Shown one piece after another: positions 52,149 through 62,106 of a stretch of DNA of 64,000 bases (position 1 is its first letter; each line of letters begins with the position of its first letter). Under the pieces are notes generated by a model that saw nothing but the letters and a program-made list of their open reading frames with translations, did no database searches and was not told the DNA's origin. The DNA is from Longimicrobiales bacterium. GTDB taxonomy: Bacteria; Gemmatimonadota; Gemmatimonadetes; Longimicrobiales; Gaopeijiaceae. The translations under genes and the position numbers were made by a program. The stretch covers positions 107,770-171,769 of the forward strand of contig CBDCKN010000014.1 of NCBI GenBank assembly GCA_965218295.1, read 5' to 3'.

Positions 52149-53335
52149 CGGGCGATACCGATGGGCGCCGCTGGGGCATGCTGGCGCTGGTCTCGGTGGC
52201 TGTGCTCCTGGGGATGTCCGCCTGGTTCACGGCCAGTGCCGTTTCCCCAGTGCTGCAGGAGCGCTGGGGACTGAGCTCCACCCAGGTCGGTTGGCTCACC
52301 ACGCTCGTGCAGCTCGGGTTCGTTGCCGGAACGGCGGTGGCCGCCGTGTTGAACCTGGCGGATGTCGTCCCATCCCGCTGGTACTTCGCCTTGTCGGCTC
52401 TCCTGGCCGCCCTGGCCAACGCCGCGTTGGTGGTCGCGCCCGGCTATGCGATCGCCCTGGTCTTCCGGTTCTTCACTGGCTTCTTCCTGGCAGGCGTCTA
52501 TCCACCGGCCATGAAGATGATCGCCACCTGGTTCCAGAGCGCCCGGGGCATGGCCATCGGGACGGTGGTGGGTGCCCTCACGGTGGGGAAGGCCACGCCG
52601 TATCTGCTGAAGCTCATGGGGAGCGCACCGCTCTCCGTGGTGGTCTTAGGTGCGTCGGCAGGAGGGGCGGTGGGAGGCCTGCTGGTGGCTGCGGCGTACC
52701 GGGAGGGACCCTACCCGTTCCGACGCGCTCCCTTCTCTTGGTCCCTCGTAGCCAAGGTGTTTCGGGACCGGCCGACGCGACTCGCGACCGGCGGATACCT
52801 CGGTCACATGTGGGAGTTGTACGCTGCGTGGAGTACGATCGGAATCTTCTTCTTGCAATTCTTCGGTGCGGAGGGGGGGCACTCTCTAGCCGCGGATTTG
52901 GCGGCCTTCGGGATGATCGCCGTGGGCGGATTGGGGGCCGTCATGGCTGGGGCCTGGGCAGACTCCATAGGCCGTGAGCGTACCACGATCTGGATGATGG
53001 CGATCTCGGGATGCTGCGCCCTGACGATGGGCTGGCTGATGGATGCGAGCGCCTGGATCGTCGTCCCCGTAGCGCTGATCTGGGGCTTCACGATCGTCGC
53101 AGATTCCGCGCAGTTTAGCGCCGTTGTGACTGAGGTGGCGCCCCCTGAGTCGGTGGGGACGGCGCTCATGCTGCAGACGTCGGTCGGCTTCGCGCTGACG
53201 GGCGTATCGATCCAGATGACGATCTGGCTGGCGGAAGTGGCCGAGTGGCAGACGGCCTACGGAGTGCTCGCGCTCGGGCCAGCTCTGGGGATCATCTCGA
53301 TGGCTAGACTGAGAGCGATCCGGGCGGCCTCGTGA
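52139..53335 (+). CDS. MFS transporter
   Basis: Multi-TM profile, LAGVYPPAMK, GYLGHMWELYA, ADSAQFSA. Confidence 0.9.
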   Translation: MALTGDTDGRRWGMLALVSVAVLLGMSAWFTASAVSPVLQERWGLSSTQVGWLTTLVQLGFVAGTAVAAVLNLADVVPSRWYFALSALLAALANAALVVAPGYAIALVFRFFTGFFLAGVYPPAMKMIATWFQSARGMAIGTVVGALTVGKATPYLLKLMGSAPLSVVVLGASAGGAVGGLLVAAAYREGPYPFRRAPFSWSLVAKVFRDRPTRLATGGYLGHMWELYAAWSTIGIFFLQFFGAEGGHSLAADLAAFGMIAVGGLGAVMAGAWADSIGRERTTIWMMAISGCCALTMGWLMDASAWIVVPVALIWGFTIVADSAQFSAVVTEVAPPESVGTALMLQTSVGFALTGVSIQMTIWLAEVAEWQTAYGVLALGPALGIISMARLRAIRAAS

Positions 53336-53518
53336 CGAGTGGGCCCGGCGCGGTGATTCCGGTCGACGGCGGGCGACCTCTCGGGGGCTGAGCCTCGAGG
53401 CGATAGGCTCGCGGTGAGCGGGATTCCGCCGTAAGATGCCTCCCGCCCCCCCGCGACCCCTCGATGCGGTGCACCGAGATTGGCCGCGTCGTCGAACTTC
53501 TCCCACAATGGAGTTGCC

Positions 53519-55078
53519 GTGCGAAAGCTGCGAATCGGGATCCTCGATCTGGTCACGAAGGCGCCGACGCGGACCCTGTGGGCCCGCGTCGTGCATCCCA
53601 GTTTCGCGAGCATCATGCCGCAGGCGATCGCCGCGTGGTGCGAGAAGGCCGGACACGACGTGACCTTCGTGTGCTACACGGGCTTCGAGAACCTACTCGA
53701 CGAGCTCCCGGACGATCTCGACGTGCTCTTCGTGGGGGCGTTCTCCCAGGCGGGCCAGCTCTCGTACGCGCTCAGCAACATGTTCCGGCAACGTGGCTGC
53801 GTGACGGTCCTGGGCGGCCCCCACGCGCGCTGCTATCCGGACGACGCCCGCAAGTACTTCGACTACGTCCTGGGCTTCACCGACCAGGAGATCGTCGCTC
53901 GGGTTCTCGAGGAGTGCTGCGCCCAGCGGCCATACGGCGAGTACCTGGCTGCCAGCCGACAGCCCCAGCACCTACCGGGGGTCCGCGAGCGCTGGAAGTA
54001 CATCAAGCCGACCATCATGAAGTCGGCGACGCGGATCAAGGCCGTCCCGATGATCGGGAGCCTCGGCTGCCCTTACACGTGCAGCTTCTGCATCGACGCC
54101 ACGGTGCCCTACCAGCCGATGGATTACGACGAGATCCGCGACGATCTTCGCTTCTTGGTCAACGAGATGCCCGAGGCATGGATCGCATGGCACGATCCCA
54201 ACTTCGGGGTCCGCTTCGACGACTATATGGGGGTGATCGAGGACGCCGTGCCCCCCGGGACGCTCACGTTCGCGGCCGAGAGCAGCCTGTCGCTGCTGTC
54301 CGAGGACCCGGTCAGGCGGCTGGGCGCCGCTAATTTCAAGCTGATGCTCCCGGGAATCGAATCCTGGTACAGCTTCGGCAACAAGGCCAAGACGGGCCGG
54401 AAGACCGGGATCGACAAGATGGAGCAGGTCTCCGATCACGTGAACATGATCTTGGAGCACATCCCCTACGTGCAGACAAACTTCGTGATCGGTCTCGACG
54501 ACGACGAGGGCGCCGAGCCGTTCGAGCTGACCAAGAAGTTCCTCTACCGGACGCCCGGGGCTTTTCCGGGGTACTCGCTCCTGTCCTGCTTCGGCGAGGC
54601 GGCGCCGCTAAACATCGACGTGCAGCGCTCCGGTCGCGTGCGCCCGTTCCCGTTCCACTTCCTGAACAACAACCAGGCGATGAACGTGCAGCCCAAGAAC
54701 TACGAGTGGGCCACGTTCTACGACCACCTCATCGACCTGTGCGAGTACTCGTTCTCGCTGCGCACCATGGCTCGGCGCTTCCGGGCCACCCCCCCGCTCT
54801 TCGCGAAGGGGCTCAACCTCGTCAGGGCGATCTCGTCGGAGGGTTACGGCCGCATCAAGTATCACAAGACGATCCGCCGCCTGCTGGGGGAGGATCGCCA
54901 CGTGAGGGACTTCTTCGAGGGCGAGACCGACGAGGTCCCCCCTTTCTACGTGGACCGCATCCGCCGCGAGCTCGGACCGTTCTGGCAGGATCTGCCCGAG
55001 GGGGCGCTGCACCACGACCAGAACGCGTACGTGAAGAAGATCGACCGGGCCCGCGTCGAGGAGTCGGCACCGATCTGA
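53519..55078 (+). CDS. cobalamin-binding radical SAM protein
   Basis: TVLGGPHA, GCPYTCSFC (CxxxCxxC), DPNF, GIES. Confidence 0.88.
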   Translation: MRKLRIGILDLVTKAPTRTLWARVVHPSFASIMPQAIAAWCEKAGHDVTFVCYTGFENLLDELPDDLDVLFVGAFSQAGQLSYALSNMFRQRGCVTVLGGPHARCYPDDARKYFDYVLGFTDQEIVARVLEECCAQRPYGEYLAASRQPQHLPGVRERWKYIKPTIMKSATRIKAVPMIGSLGCPYTCSFCIDATVPYQPMDYDEIRDDLRFLVNEMPEAWIAWHDPNFGVRFDDYMGVIEDAVPPGTLTFAAESSLSLLSEDPVRRLGAANFKLMLPGIESWYSFGNKAKTGRKTGIDKMEQVSDHVNMILEHIPYVQTNFVIGLDDDEGAEPFELTKKFLYRTPGAFPGYSLLSCFGEAAPLNIDVQRSGRVRPFPFHFLNNNQAMNVQPKNYEWATFYDHLIDLCEYSFSLRTMARRFRATPPLFAKGLNLVRAISSEGYGRIKYHKTIRRLLGEDRHVRDFFEGETDEVPPFYVDRIRRELGPFWQDLPEGALHHDQNAYVKKIDRARVEESAPI

Positions 55079-55446
55079 GGCGTTGGTGCATGGCTTGGAG
55101 CTGAGGACAGGTCCCCCGTCCCCCGAGAGGGGGATCACCCCAGTCGATCCCCACCCACTACGACCCCGACACCATCGAATGTCCGATCCGAGCGCCCGAC
55201 CGCTTGTGCCACGCGCGTCGGCTCGCCTCCTTGGGCTGTCCATGGCGTTCCGTCGTCGATTCCAGCTTGGGCGGCGCCGTTGGATCTCCTATGCCTTGCC
55301 CCAGCCAGAGGCGATCGGGTTCTTGCTGAAATGGAAAAAAATGGGAACCAACGAGGATGGGGCCGGTACCGTCGTTCACCGTGCGAAGCGGAATCGTCAC
55401 GGGCGATTCTCATCGTCCAGGCGATGGACGCCCAGGAGGTAGATGC

Positions 55447-55791
55447 TTGATCAGCAAGGACGTGAGACTGGGAGAAGGTGTAGTTGTCCATCATCCGAAT
55501 CTGGTGAACCTCTACGGCTGTGAGATTGGGGCGGGCTCGACAATCGGCACGTTTGTCGAAATCCAGAAAGGCGCACTCATAGGGACGAACTGCAAGATCT
55601 CGTCGCATTCGTTCATATGCGAAGGGGTGACCATTGAAGACGGCGTATTCGTTGGTCATGGAGTCATGTTCACCAATGATATGAGTCCACGTGCGGTTAC
55701 CGAGAGCGGCGATCTGCAAACCGAAGAAGATTGGCATCTCGAGAGGACCTTGGTGCGCACTCGAGCGTCCATCGGAACCAATGCTACGATC
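55447..55791 (+). pseudogene. hexapeptide-repeat sugar N-acetyltransferase, 5' part, interrupted by the IS66-like element
   Basis: VNLYGCEIG, FVEIQKGA, KISSHSFICEGV, GVMFTND, SIGTNATI. Confidence 0.88.
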
Positions 55792-55909
55792 GTAACTGTT
55801 CGGCCAAGCCGTGGGGAGCGTCGTGTTGTCGGATCGTGTGGTGGGGTCTGGTAACGTGATCCGGAATGTAGTATCGTCGAGGGCATGGCGATGCGGGACG
55901 GCAACGGAC

Positions 55910-58156
55910 ATGCGAACGTGGCGCTGGCCGAGGGGCTGGAGGAGCTTTGGCCGGTGCCCGGTTTCCGTGGAGTCGGAGCTTGGGGACTGGCGGTCGCTGT
56001 ACGAGCGGGAGCGCGAGCGAGCGGAGGCGGCGGTGGCCCGCGCGGAGGAGTTGCGGTGGGCGGAGGTGCGGGCGCGCTGCGAAGCGGGATCGTGGAAGTG
56101 GCGGTGGGAGGCGTCGCGCCGGAAGCTGAGGGCGGTGATCGCGGAGACGCGGGAGGCCCGCCGCGCGGCGTGGGACGCCCTGGCGTTGCAGCGCGAGGTG
56201 GGGCGTCTGCACGGGCTGCTGCGGGAGGCCGGGGTGGACGCGGGGAAGCGCGGCACGGAGATGGCGCTTCGGATGGAGGTGGCACGGCTTCGCGAGGAGG
56301 GTTGGGCGCTGGAGAAGGCGCTCGATGCCCGCGCGGCCGAGGTGCAGAACCTTCACAAGGCCCGCATCGAAGCGGACGCGGACATCCTGGCGCTGCGGCG
56401 GCAGTTGCGCGAGATGCTCGAGATCCACGGCGAACTGTCGAAGCTGGGGGACCAGCGGGACCGGGTCGAGTCGCTGTCGGAGGAGGTCGGGGCGCTTCGC
56501 TGGGCGCTGAAGGTCTCGGAGGCGTCGAAGGGCCGCCTGACGGCGCGGCTGCGGCGTGCGGTCGAGGCGGGGCGGGCGCGGTCGCCGTCGGCCGCCGACG
56601 CGGAGTTGCGCAAGGCCTTGCGCAGATCGCGGCGCCAGAGGGCGACGATCGGCTCGCTGACGCGGGAGAAGACCCGGCTCGGCAGGAGGATGCGGGCGTC
56701 GCGGCGGCGGATCGAGCGCCTCGAGGGCCAACTGGCGAAGCTTCGCGCGTCGCGCACGGTGCTGCCGAAGGGGCAGTCCGGCGGCGCGTGCGAGAGGCAG
56801 GAGCGACCGCGTTCGGGGCGGCGGCGGGGCCAGCAGCCCGGCACGCCGGTCCACGGCCGCACCCCGCGCCCGGGGCTTGAGGAACGCACCGAGGAGCACA
56901 ACCCGCCCGCCGATGCGCGGGTGTGCCGGGGTTGCGGGAGCCCGTACGCGGCCAACGGCGCCGAGGAGTCGGCCCTCGTCGAGATCGAGGTCCGGGCGCA
57001 CCGGCGGGTGATCCGCCGCCCGCGCTGGCGGCGGACGTGCGGGTGCGCGTCGTCGCCCGCCGAAGTGACGGCGCCCCCCGTGCCTCGGCTGTTCGCCCGC
57101 ACGCCGTACGGGACGAGCGTCTGGTCGCGCTTCCTGTTCGAGCGCTACGCGTGCCTGCGCCCGCTGCACCGGGTCTGCGGGTGGCTGTCCGACCAGGGTC
57201 TGCCGGTCTCGCCGGGCACGCTGGCGGACAGCGTGCACCGCTTGGCGCCGTTGTTCGAGCCGGTGGGCGCGGCGATCCTCGCGCACCAGAACGGCTCGGC
57301 GCTGCGCCATGCCGACGAGACCAGCTGGCGGGTGCGGGCGCTGCGCGACAGCGACGGATCGGGGTACGCGTGGCTGTGGATCTCGGTCGGCCGCGGCGCG
57401 GCCTACTTCCATGTGGATCCGTCACGCAGCGCCGAGGCGGCCCGGAAGCTGTTCGACGGGGCGCTGTGCCCGACGGTCCTCGTCTGCGACCGCTACAGCG
57501 GCTACAAGAAGCTGGCGCGTCTCCTCGGGGGCAGGGTCACGCTGTCGTTCTGCTGGGCGCACATGCGCAGGGACTTCATCCGGTGCGCGGCCGGGCACGT
57601 CCATCTGACCGGCTGGTGCCGGGAGTGGCTCGGGCGGATCGCCACGGTCTACCGCCTGCACAAGGCGCGGCTGGAGCTCCACGACCCCGGCCTCGAGCGC
57701 CAGAGCCCGGCGTTCGACGCGGCGCACGACGCGCTGAGCGAGGCGCTCGGCGGCATGTTCGCGGCCTCCGAACGCCAACTCGCCCGCCTGTCGCCAAAGG
57801 CGAGGGAGGGAGGGCCGCTGCGCTCGCTCCTCAACCACCGCGAGGGGCTGAGCGTCTTCCTCGACCGGCCCCGCGTGCCGCTCGACAACAACCTCGCCGA
57901 GCGGCTGCTGCGCGGCCCGGCCATCGGGCGGCGCCTGTCGTTCGGCTCCGACAGCGAGTCCGGCGCCCGGTTCACCGCGCTCATGTACTCGGTGACCGGC
58001 ACCCTGAGGCTGAACGGCCTCGACGTGCCGCGCTGGCTCGCCGACTGGTTGGCGGCGTGCGCGCGCGGCGGCGGTCGCCCGCCGGGCGACCTGTCGCCCT
58101 GGCTGCCGTGGTCGATGGACGCCGGACGCAGGCGCGAAATGACGGCGTCCGCATGA
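55910..58156 (+). CDS. IS66 family transposase with very long N-terminal coiled coil (start uncertain)
   Basis: GQQPG...HGR, CRGCG..CGC, HADETSW, CDRYSGY, CWAHMRRDF, DNNLAERLLR. Confidence 0.9.
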   Translation: MRTWRWPRGWRSFGRCPVSVESELGDWRSLYERERERAEAAVARAEELRWAEVRARCEAGSWKWRWEASRRKLRAVIAETREARRAAWDALALQREVGRLHGLLREAGVDAGKRGTEMALRMEVARLREEGWALEKALDARAAEVQNLHKARIEADADILALRRQLREMLEIHGELSKLGDQRDRVESLSEEVGALRWALKVSEASKGRLTARLRRAVEAGRARSPSAADAELRKALRRSRRQRATIGSLTREKTRLGRRMRASRRRIERLEGQLAKLRASRTVLPKGQSGGACERQERPRSGRRRGQQPGTPVHGRTPRPGLEERTEEHNPPADARVCRGCGSPYAANGAEESALVEIEVRAHRRVIRRPRWRRTCGCASSPAEVTAPPVPRLFARTPYGTSVWSRFLFERYACLRPLHRVCGWLSDQGLPVSPGTLADSVHRLAPLFEPVGAAILAHQNGSALRHADETSWRVRALRDSDGSGYAWLWISVGRGAAYFHVDPSRSAEAARKLFDGALCPTVLVCDRYSGYKKLARLLGGRVTLSFCWAHMRRDFIRCAAGHVHLTGWCREWLGRIATVYRLHKARLELHDPGLERQSPAFDAAHDALSEALGGMFAASERQLARLSPKAREGGPLRSLLNHREGLSVFLDRPRVPLDNNLAERLLRGPAIGRRLSFGSDSESGARFTALMYSVTGTLRLNGLDVPRWLADWLAACARGGGRPPGDLSPWLPWSMDAGRRREMTASA

Positions 58157-59034
58157 GCGAGCGCATCGAATGCCGCTACCACGGCGCGACTTCACCGCCG
58201 CGGAAATGGCGCTGCTGCGCCGACTGATCGCCGGACCGCCCGCGCTCAACCGCCACGCCCTGTCGAAGGAGTTCTGCCGGCGCATCGGCTGGTTCAAGCC
58301 CGACGGCGGGCTCAAGGACATGATGGCGCGCGTCACCATGCTCGCCATGCACAGCGACGGCCTCATCGTCCTGCCGCCCCCGAAGTGGAGGCAGAAACGA
58401 CCCGGCCCCATCGTCTTCGGACAGGACACCGAACCGCCCCTCTTCCCCCCGCCCACGATCCTCGACGAGGTCCGCCCCCTCGAACTCCGCACCGTCGTCG
58501 GCGGCACCCGACAGGGCAGGCTGTGGAACGAGTTCGTCGCGCGCCACCACTATCTCGGCTACAAGACCCTCGTCGGCGCCCAGATGCGCTACGCCGTCCA
58601 CGACCGCAACGGCTGGCCGCTCGCCATACTCGGCTTCAGCACCGCCGCCTGGTCCCTCGCTCCACGCGACCGCTTCATCGGATGGACCCCGACCCTGCGA
58701 AAGAAGAACCTGCCGCTCGTCATCGACAACCCCAGGTTCCTCATCCTGCCCTGGATCCGCATCCCCAACCTCGGATCCCACATCCTCGCCCTCGTCCGCC
58801 GCCGCCTGCCCCGCGACTGGACCCGCCGCTACAACACCACCCCCGTCCTCATCGAGACCTTCGTCGAGGTCCCCCGCTTCACCGGCGGCGTCTACAGGGC
58901 CTCCGGGTTGGATCCGCGTCGGTACCACACGGGGACGAGGGCGCTACGACACCGCCAAGCAGTACGGCAAGCCCACCAAGGATGTCTGGCTCCGCCCGCT
59001 CGCCAAGCACTGGAAGCGCATCCTCAACCGCTGA
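58153..59034 (+). CDS. DUF4338 (DruA-family) protein; apparent 1-bp frameshifts near 58186 and 58908
   Basis: ATGA overlap with transposase stop; HHYLGY...GAQMRY, RDRFIGW, RFLILPWI.IPNLGSHIL, ETFVE, YRASGW..VG.T.GRGR. Confidence 0.8.
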
Positions 59035-59102
59035 GCACCCCCACACACACGATCCGACAACACGACGCTCCCCACGGCTTGGCCGAACAGTTACCTACGA
59101 TC

Positions 59103-59185
59103 ATGGGCGGGATAACCGTCGGTAAGGGTGTGCTGGGGGAGTATGTGTGGCGGGCCTTGGACGAGGCGAAGCAGAGACCCCGGTT
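59103..59185 (+). pseudogene. short acetyltransferase continuation (MGGITVGKG) fused to a GT2 glycosyltransferase C-terminal remnant
   Basis: LGEYVWRALDEAKQRPR continues as FIIEDE after the IS481 is removed. Confidence 0.65.
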
Positions 59186-60416
59186 TGTACAGAGATGGTA
59201 ATGACCTGACAGTTGGCCCTCGCCGGAGCTGTGTCTAGGCTGCCTTCGTCTTAGCCTCCTCCTTCCTGGCCTTTGCGGCCTTCCTGGCGTCGGTGAGACC
59301 GGCCTTGAAGACCTGATAGGGCGTGCGGCCCTCCATGGCTCGACCGCGGTGCGGCCGCTTCCGGTTGTAGGTCTCCAGATACGCCTCGAGGTCCTGCTGC
59401 ATCTCCTCGACGGTCTCGTACCAGGTGGTGCGGCCCTTCACCCTCAAGTGCTCGTCGAGGAGCGTGCGGTGGAAGCGCTCGATGAAGCCGTTGGACTGGG
59501 GCCTGCCCACCTTCGTCGTGCGGTGCTCGATGTCCTCGAGCTGAAGGAACAGCTCATATGGGTGACGGTCCGGACGGCCGCAGAACTCGCGGCCGTTGTC
59601 GCTGAGCACGGTCTTCACCCGGACCCGGTGCTCATCGAAGAACGGCAACACGTCGTTATTCATCACCTGCACCGCCGTGAGCGGGAGCTTGCTCGTGTAG
59701 AGCCGGCCCCAGGCGTAGCGGCTGAAGCAATCGAGCACGGTCTGCAGGTACACCTTGCCGACCCCCTTCAGCGTTCCGACGAAGAACGTGTCCACGGCGA
59801 CGAGGTCGCCCGGGTAATGGACTTCGATGTGGCGCTCCCGGAACTCGGGACTGAAGCGCTCCAGCAGCTCGATCTGCTCGTCGGTCAGCTTCAGCTTCCG
59901 TTCCCTGGCCGTCTCTTCGAGCCTGAGCAGCCGTTCGTGCTTCGTGGTGAGGCCATGCCGGCTCCACACGCCCCGTACGCCTCCTGAGCTCACCTGGATC
60001 CCTCCGAGCAGCAACTCGTCCGCGACCCGCTGAGCTCCGTGCGTCGGAGCCTCCAAGGCGTGGGCCAAGACCGCCTGCTCAATCTCTTCACTCACCCGGT
60101 TCGGGTGCGGTCCCTTCGGCCCCGGAAGCTGGTCGATCAGCCCCTCGGCCCCGTAAAGCTGGAAGTTCCTCCTGATCTCGTAGAACTGCTGCCGGCTGTA
60201 GCCCACGATCTTGCACGCCTTGCTCACGTTGCCGAGCTCCTGGGCCAACTGTAGCAGGCTCAGCTTGCGGCGCGCTATCTTCTCCCCCTGGACGGTGGTC
60301 ATCTTCTCTCCCGTGCTAAGTGAGTGACTTCGACATCTCTCAATTAGCTCCGGCGAGGGCGGCTGGCCACCGTCCTCTCTCGTGGTCAACTGTCAGGTGA
60401 ATACCGTCTCAGCACA
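59186..60416 (-). mobile_element. IS481 family element, copy 2
   Basis: Same ends and identical translation as copy 1; flanked by direct repeat cccggtt (59179-59185, 60417-60423). Confidence 0.95.
59235..60302 (-). CDS. IS481 family transposase
   Basis: Identical translation to the copy at 11714. Confidence 0.93.
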   Translation of the reverse strand: MTTVQGEKIARRKLSLLQLAQELGNVSKACKIVGYSRQQFYEIRRNFQLYGAEGLIDQLPGPKGPHPNRVSEEIEQAVLAHALEAPTHGAQRVADELLLGGIQVSSGGVRGVWSRHGLTTKHERLLRLEETARERKLKLTDEQIELLERFSPEFRERHIEVHYPGDLVAVDTFFVGTLKGVGKVYLQTVLDCFSRYAWGRLYTSKLPLTAVQVMNNDVLPFFDEHRVRVKTVLSDNGREFCGRPDRHPYELFLQLEDIEHRTTKVGRPQSNGFIERFHRTLLDEHLRVKGRTTWYETVEEMQQDLEAYLETYNRKRPHRGRAMEGRTPYQVFKAGLTDARKAAKARKEEAKTKAA

Positions 60417-60477
60417 CCCGGTTCATTATCGAGGATGAGGTGGGAGTCGATCCCAAAGTAGGTTGAAACTCGCGGGC

Positions 60478-62094
60478 ATGGATCGCCTTTTGCACGTTCT
60501 GGAAGAGCGTCCGGGCGCACAATTTTTGGTCGCGCTGGCGCTCATCCTCGGCGTGAAGTGGTACACCCTTCTACAGCCGCCCGTATGGGACACGGCGATG
60601 GGACTTTTCCCGGCGGCGCTTACCTTATCCGCAAACGGCTTCGACCTGCTCGAACTGCTCGCCATGCCGGGTTACGTGGAGGGGGGACCCAACACGCACA
60701 GCCTGTCGCCCGTCACCCTGGTCACAGCCCTCGTGTTGAGGGTCACCGGAGGCGGAGGTACCACGAGCTTCGTAGTGCTCCATCTGCTCCATTTCTCGGC
60801 TGCCGCCTACGCACTTGCGGCGCTCTACAGGTTCTCGCGGCCGGTCTTTGGCCCGATGTCGACTCCGCTCTTCTGCTTTGCCGTCCTGCTGTTTCCCCTC
60901 TTTTCGACGCAGGTCGGATACTTGTACCTGGAGATGCCGCTCTTCTTGTGCGCCGTCTTGGCGCTCCACGCGTGGACGAATCAGCGCTTCTGGCCCGCGG
61001 TCCTGTGGGCCACCGCTGCGCTCGCGATAAAAGAGACAGGCATTATCGTTCCCGTGACGCTCGGCATGGCGACCCTGCTCGAGGATCGTGAAGTGCGCCT
61101 CAAGGTGGAGCGGATTGTGCTGATCATGGCGCCTCCGGCCGTCTTGGTCGCGGCCACCTCGCTGCTCACCCGCATGGCGTTGGCGGGACCGGGCGACGCC
61201 CCACTGGCCCCCTCATTCGGGAACATCTTCCTGGGCCTCACGCACTACCTGGACCGCTTCCTCTTCAACGTGCCCGACCTCTTGGCCTTCATCGTCGTGT
61301 TCCTCGTGGCGGCGCTCGTGTTCGGCACTCGAGTGTTCCGAACGCTGCGAAGCGAACCGACGGCCCCGGCCGACCGAGATGCCGAGCGCCGGGCCCAGCT
61401 CGTACTCGGCTACAGCGGGATGTTGATCGTCCTGTTTATCCTGCTGTTCCTGGTCGCGCTCCCAGTGTTGGTCGATTTCACCATCGTGTTACCACGCTAC
61501 TATGTGGTGATTGCGCCCTTCCTCCTGCTCTGGTTCGGGTATGCCTTCACACGCCTTTTGTCGACGCGTCTTCCGTCGGCGAGGGCGGCAGCGATGTGCT
61601 TCGTGCTGCTGTCGGTATTCTTCGCCGTGAACTCGTACGGCGTGCTCTATCCATTGGACATCGATACCGAGGGGCCGGGCAACGATCCCGCGCTCACCGA
61701 GCGCTCCAATGCGTACCGACGCCTGCTCGCGCTGCAGGTTCAGGCCGTTCAAGCCCTGCAGGCACTTCCCGAGGGAACGCCTGTCTACTACGGGCACTAC
61801 GAGCACTACCTGTTCAACTACGCGGGGCTCGGTTTCGCGGATGCACCACTCTCCAACGGCCACAACTTTTGGGTGGAATCTCTCGCGAAGTTGATCCGAG
61901 GAGAGCCGATGCCCCCCTGTATCTACGCTCTCTACAACTACCCCTGGCTCGGGGGTGAGAAAATCCGCGGGCTGATTGGGTACACCGACGTCGACGAAGA
62001 GCTCTCCAGCGAGATCGTCCAGGAGTTCCGGGACGGGCGTTATACGCTTATTCTGGCCCGGATTCGGAAGGATGGTGCAGTTTGCCCAGAGTAG
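60478..62094 (+). CDS. polytopic membrane protein, probable GT-C (ArnT/PMT-like) glycosyltransferase
   Basis: Many TM helices, PPVWD, YLEMP, AIKETG, PRYY, soluble C-terminal domain. Confidence 0.65.
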   Translation: MDRLLHVLEERPGAQFLVALALILGVKWYTLLQPPVWDTAMGLFPAALTLSANGFDLLELLAMPGYVEGGPNTHSLSPVTLVTALVLRVTGGGGTTSFVVLHLLHFSAAAYALAALYRFSRPVFGPMSTPLFCFAVLLFPLFSTQVGYLYLEMPLFLCAVLALHAWTNQRFWPAVLWATAALAIKETGIIVPVTLGMATLLEDREVRLKVERIVLIMAPPAVLVAATSLLTRMALAGPGDAPLAPSFGNIFLGLTHYLDRFLFNVPDLLAFIVVFLVAALVFGTRVFRTLRSEPTAPADRDAERRAQLVLGYSGMLIVLFILLFLVALPVLVDFTIVLPRYYVVIAPFLLLWFGYAFTRLLSTRLPSARAAAMCFVLLSVFFAVNSYGVLYPLDIDTEGPGNDPALTERSNAYRRLLALQVQAVQALQALPEGTPVYYGHYEHYLFNYAGLGFADAPLSNGHNFWVESLAKLIRGEPMPPCIYALYNYPWLGGEKIRGLIGYTDVDEELSSEIVQEFRDGRYTLILARIRKDGAVCPE

Positions 62095-62106
62095 GAGGCA
62101 CGTAAC

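Larger units (their letters stand above)
55792..59094 (+). mobile_element. IS66-like element (3303 bp) carrying a TnpC-like transposase and a DUF4338 gene
   Basis: GTAA...TTAC ends; 49-bp perfect TIRs (55792-55840, 59046-59094); 8-bp TSD CTACGATC (55784-55791, 59095-59102). Confidence 0.93.

Noticed and set aside
58153..59034. Complete Druantia defence system
   Set aside because: No DruE helicase or other dru genes; only a DUF4338 gene inside an IS.
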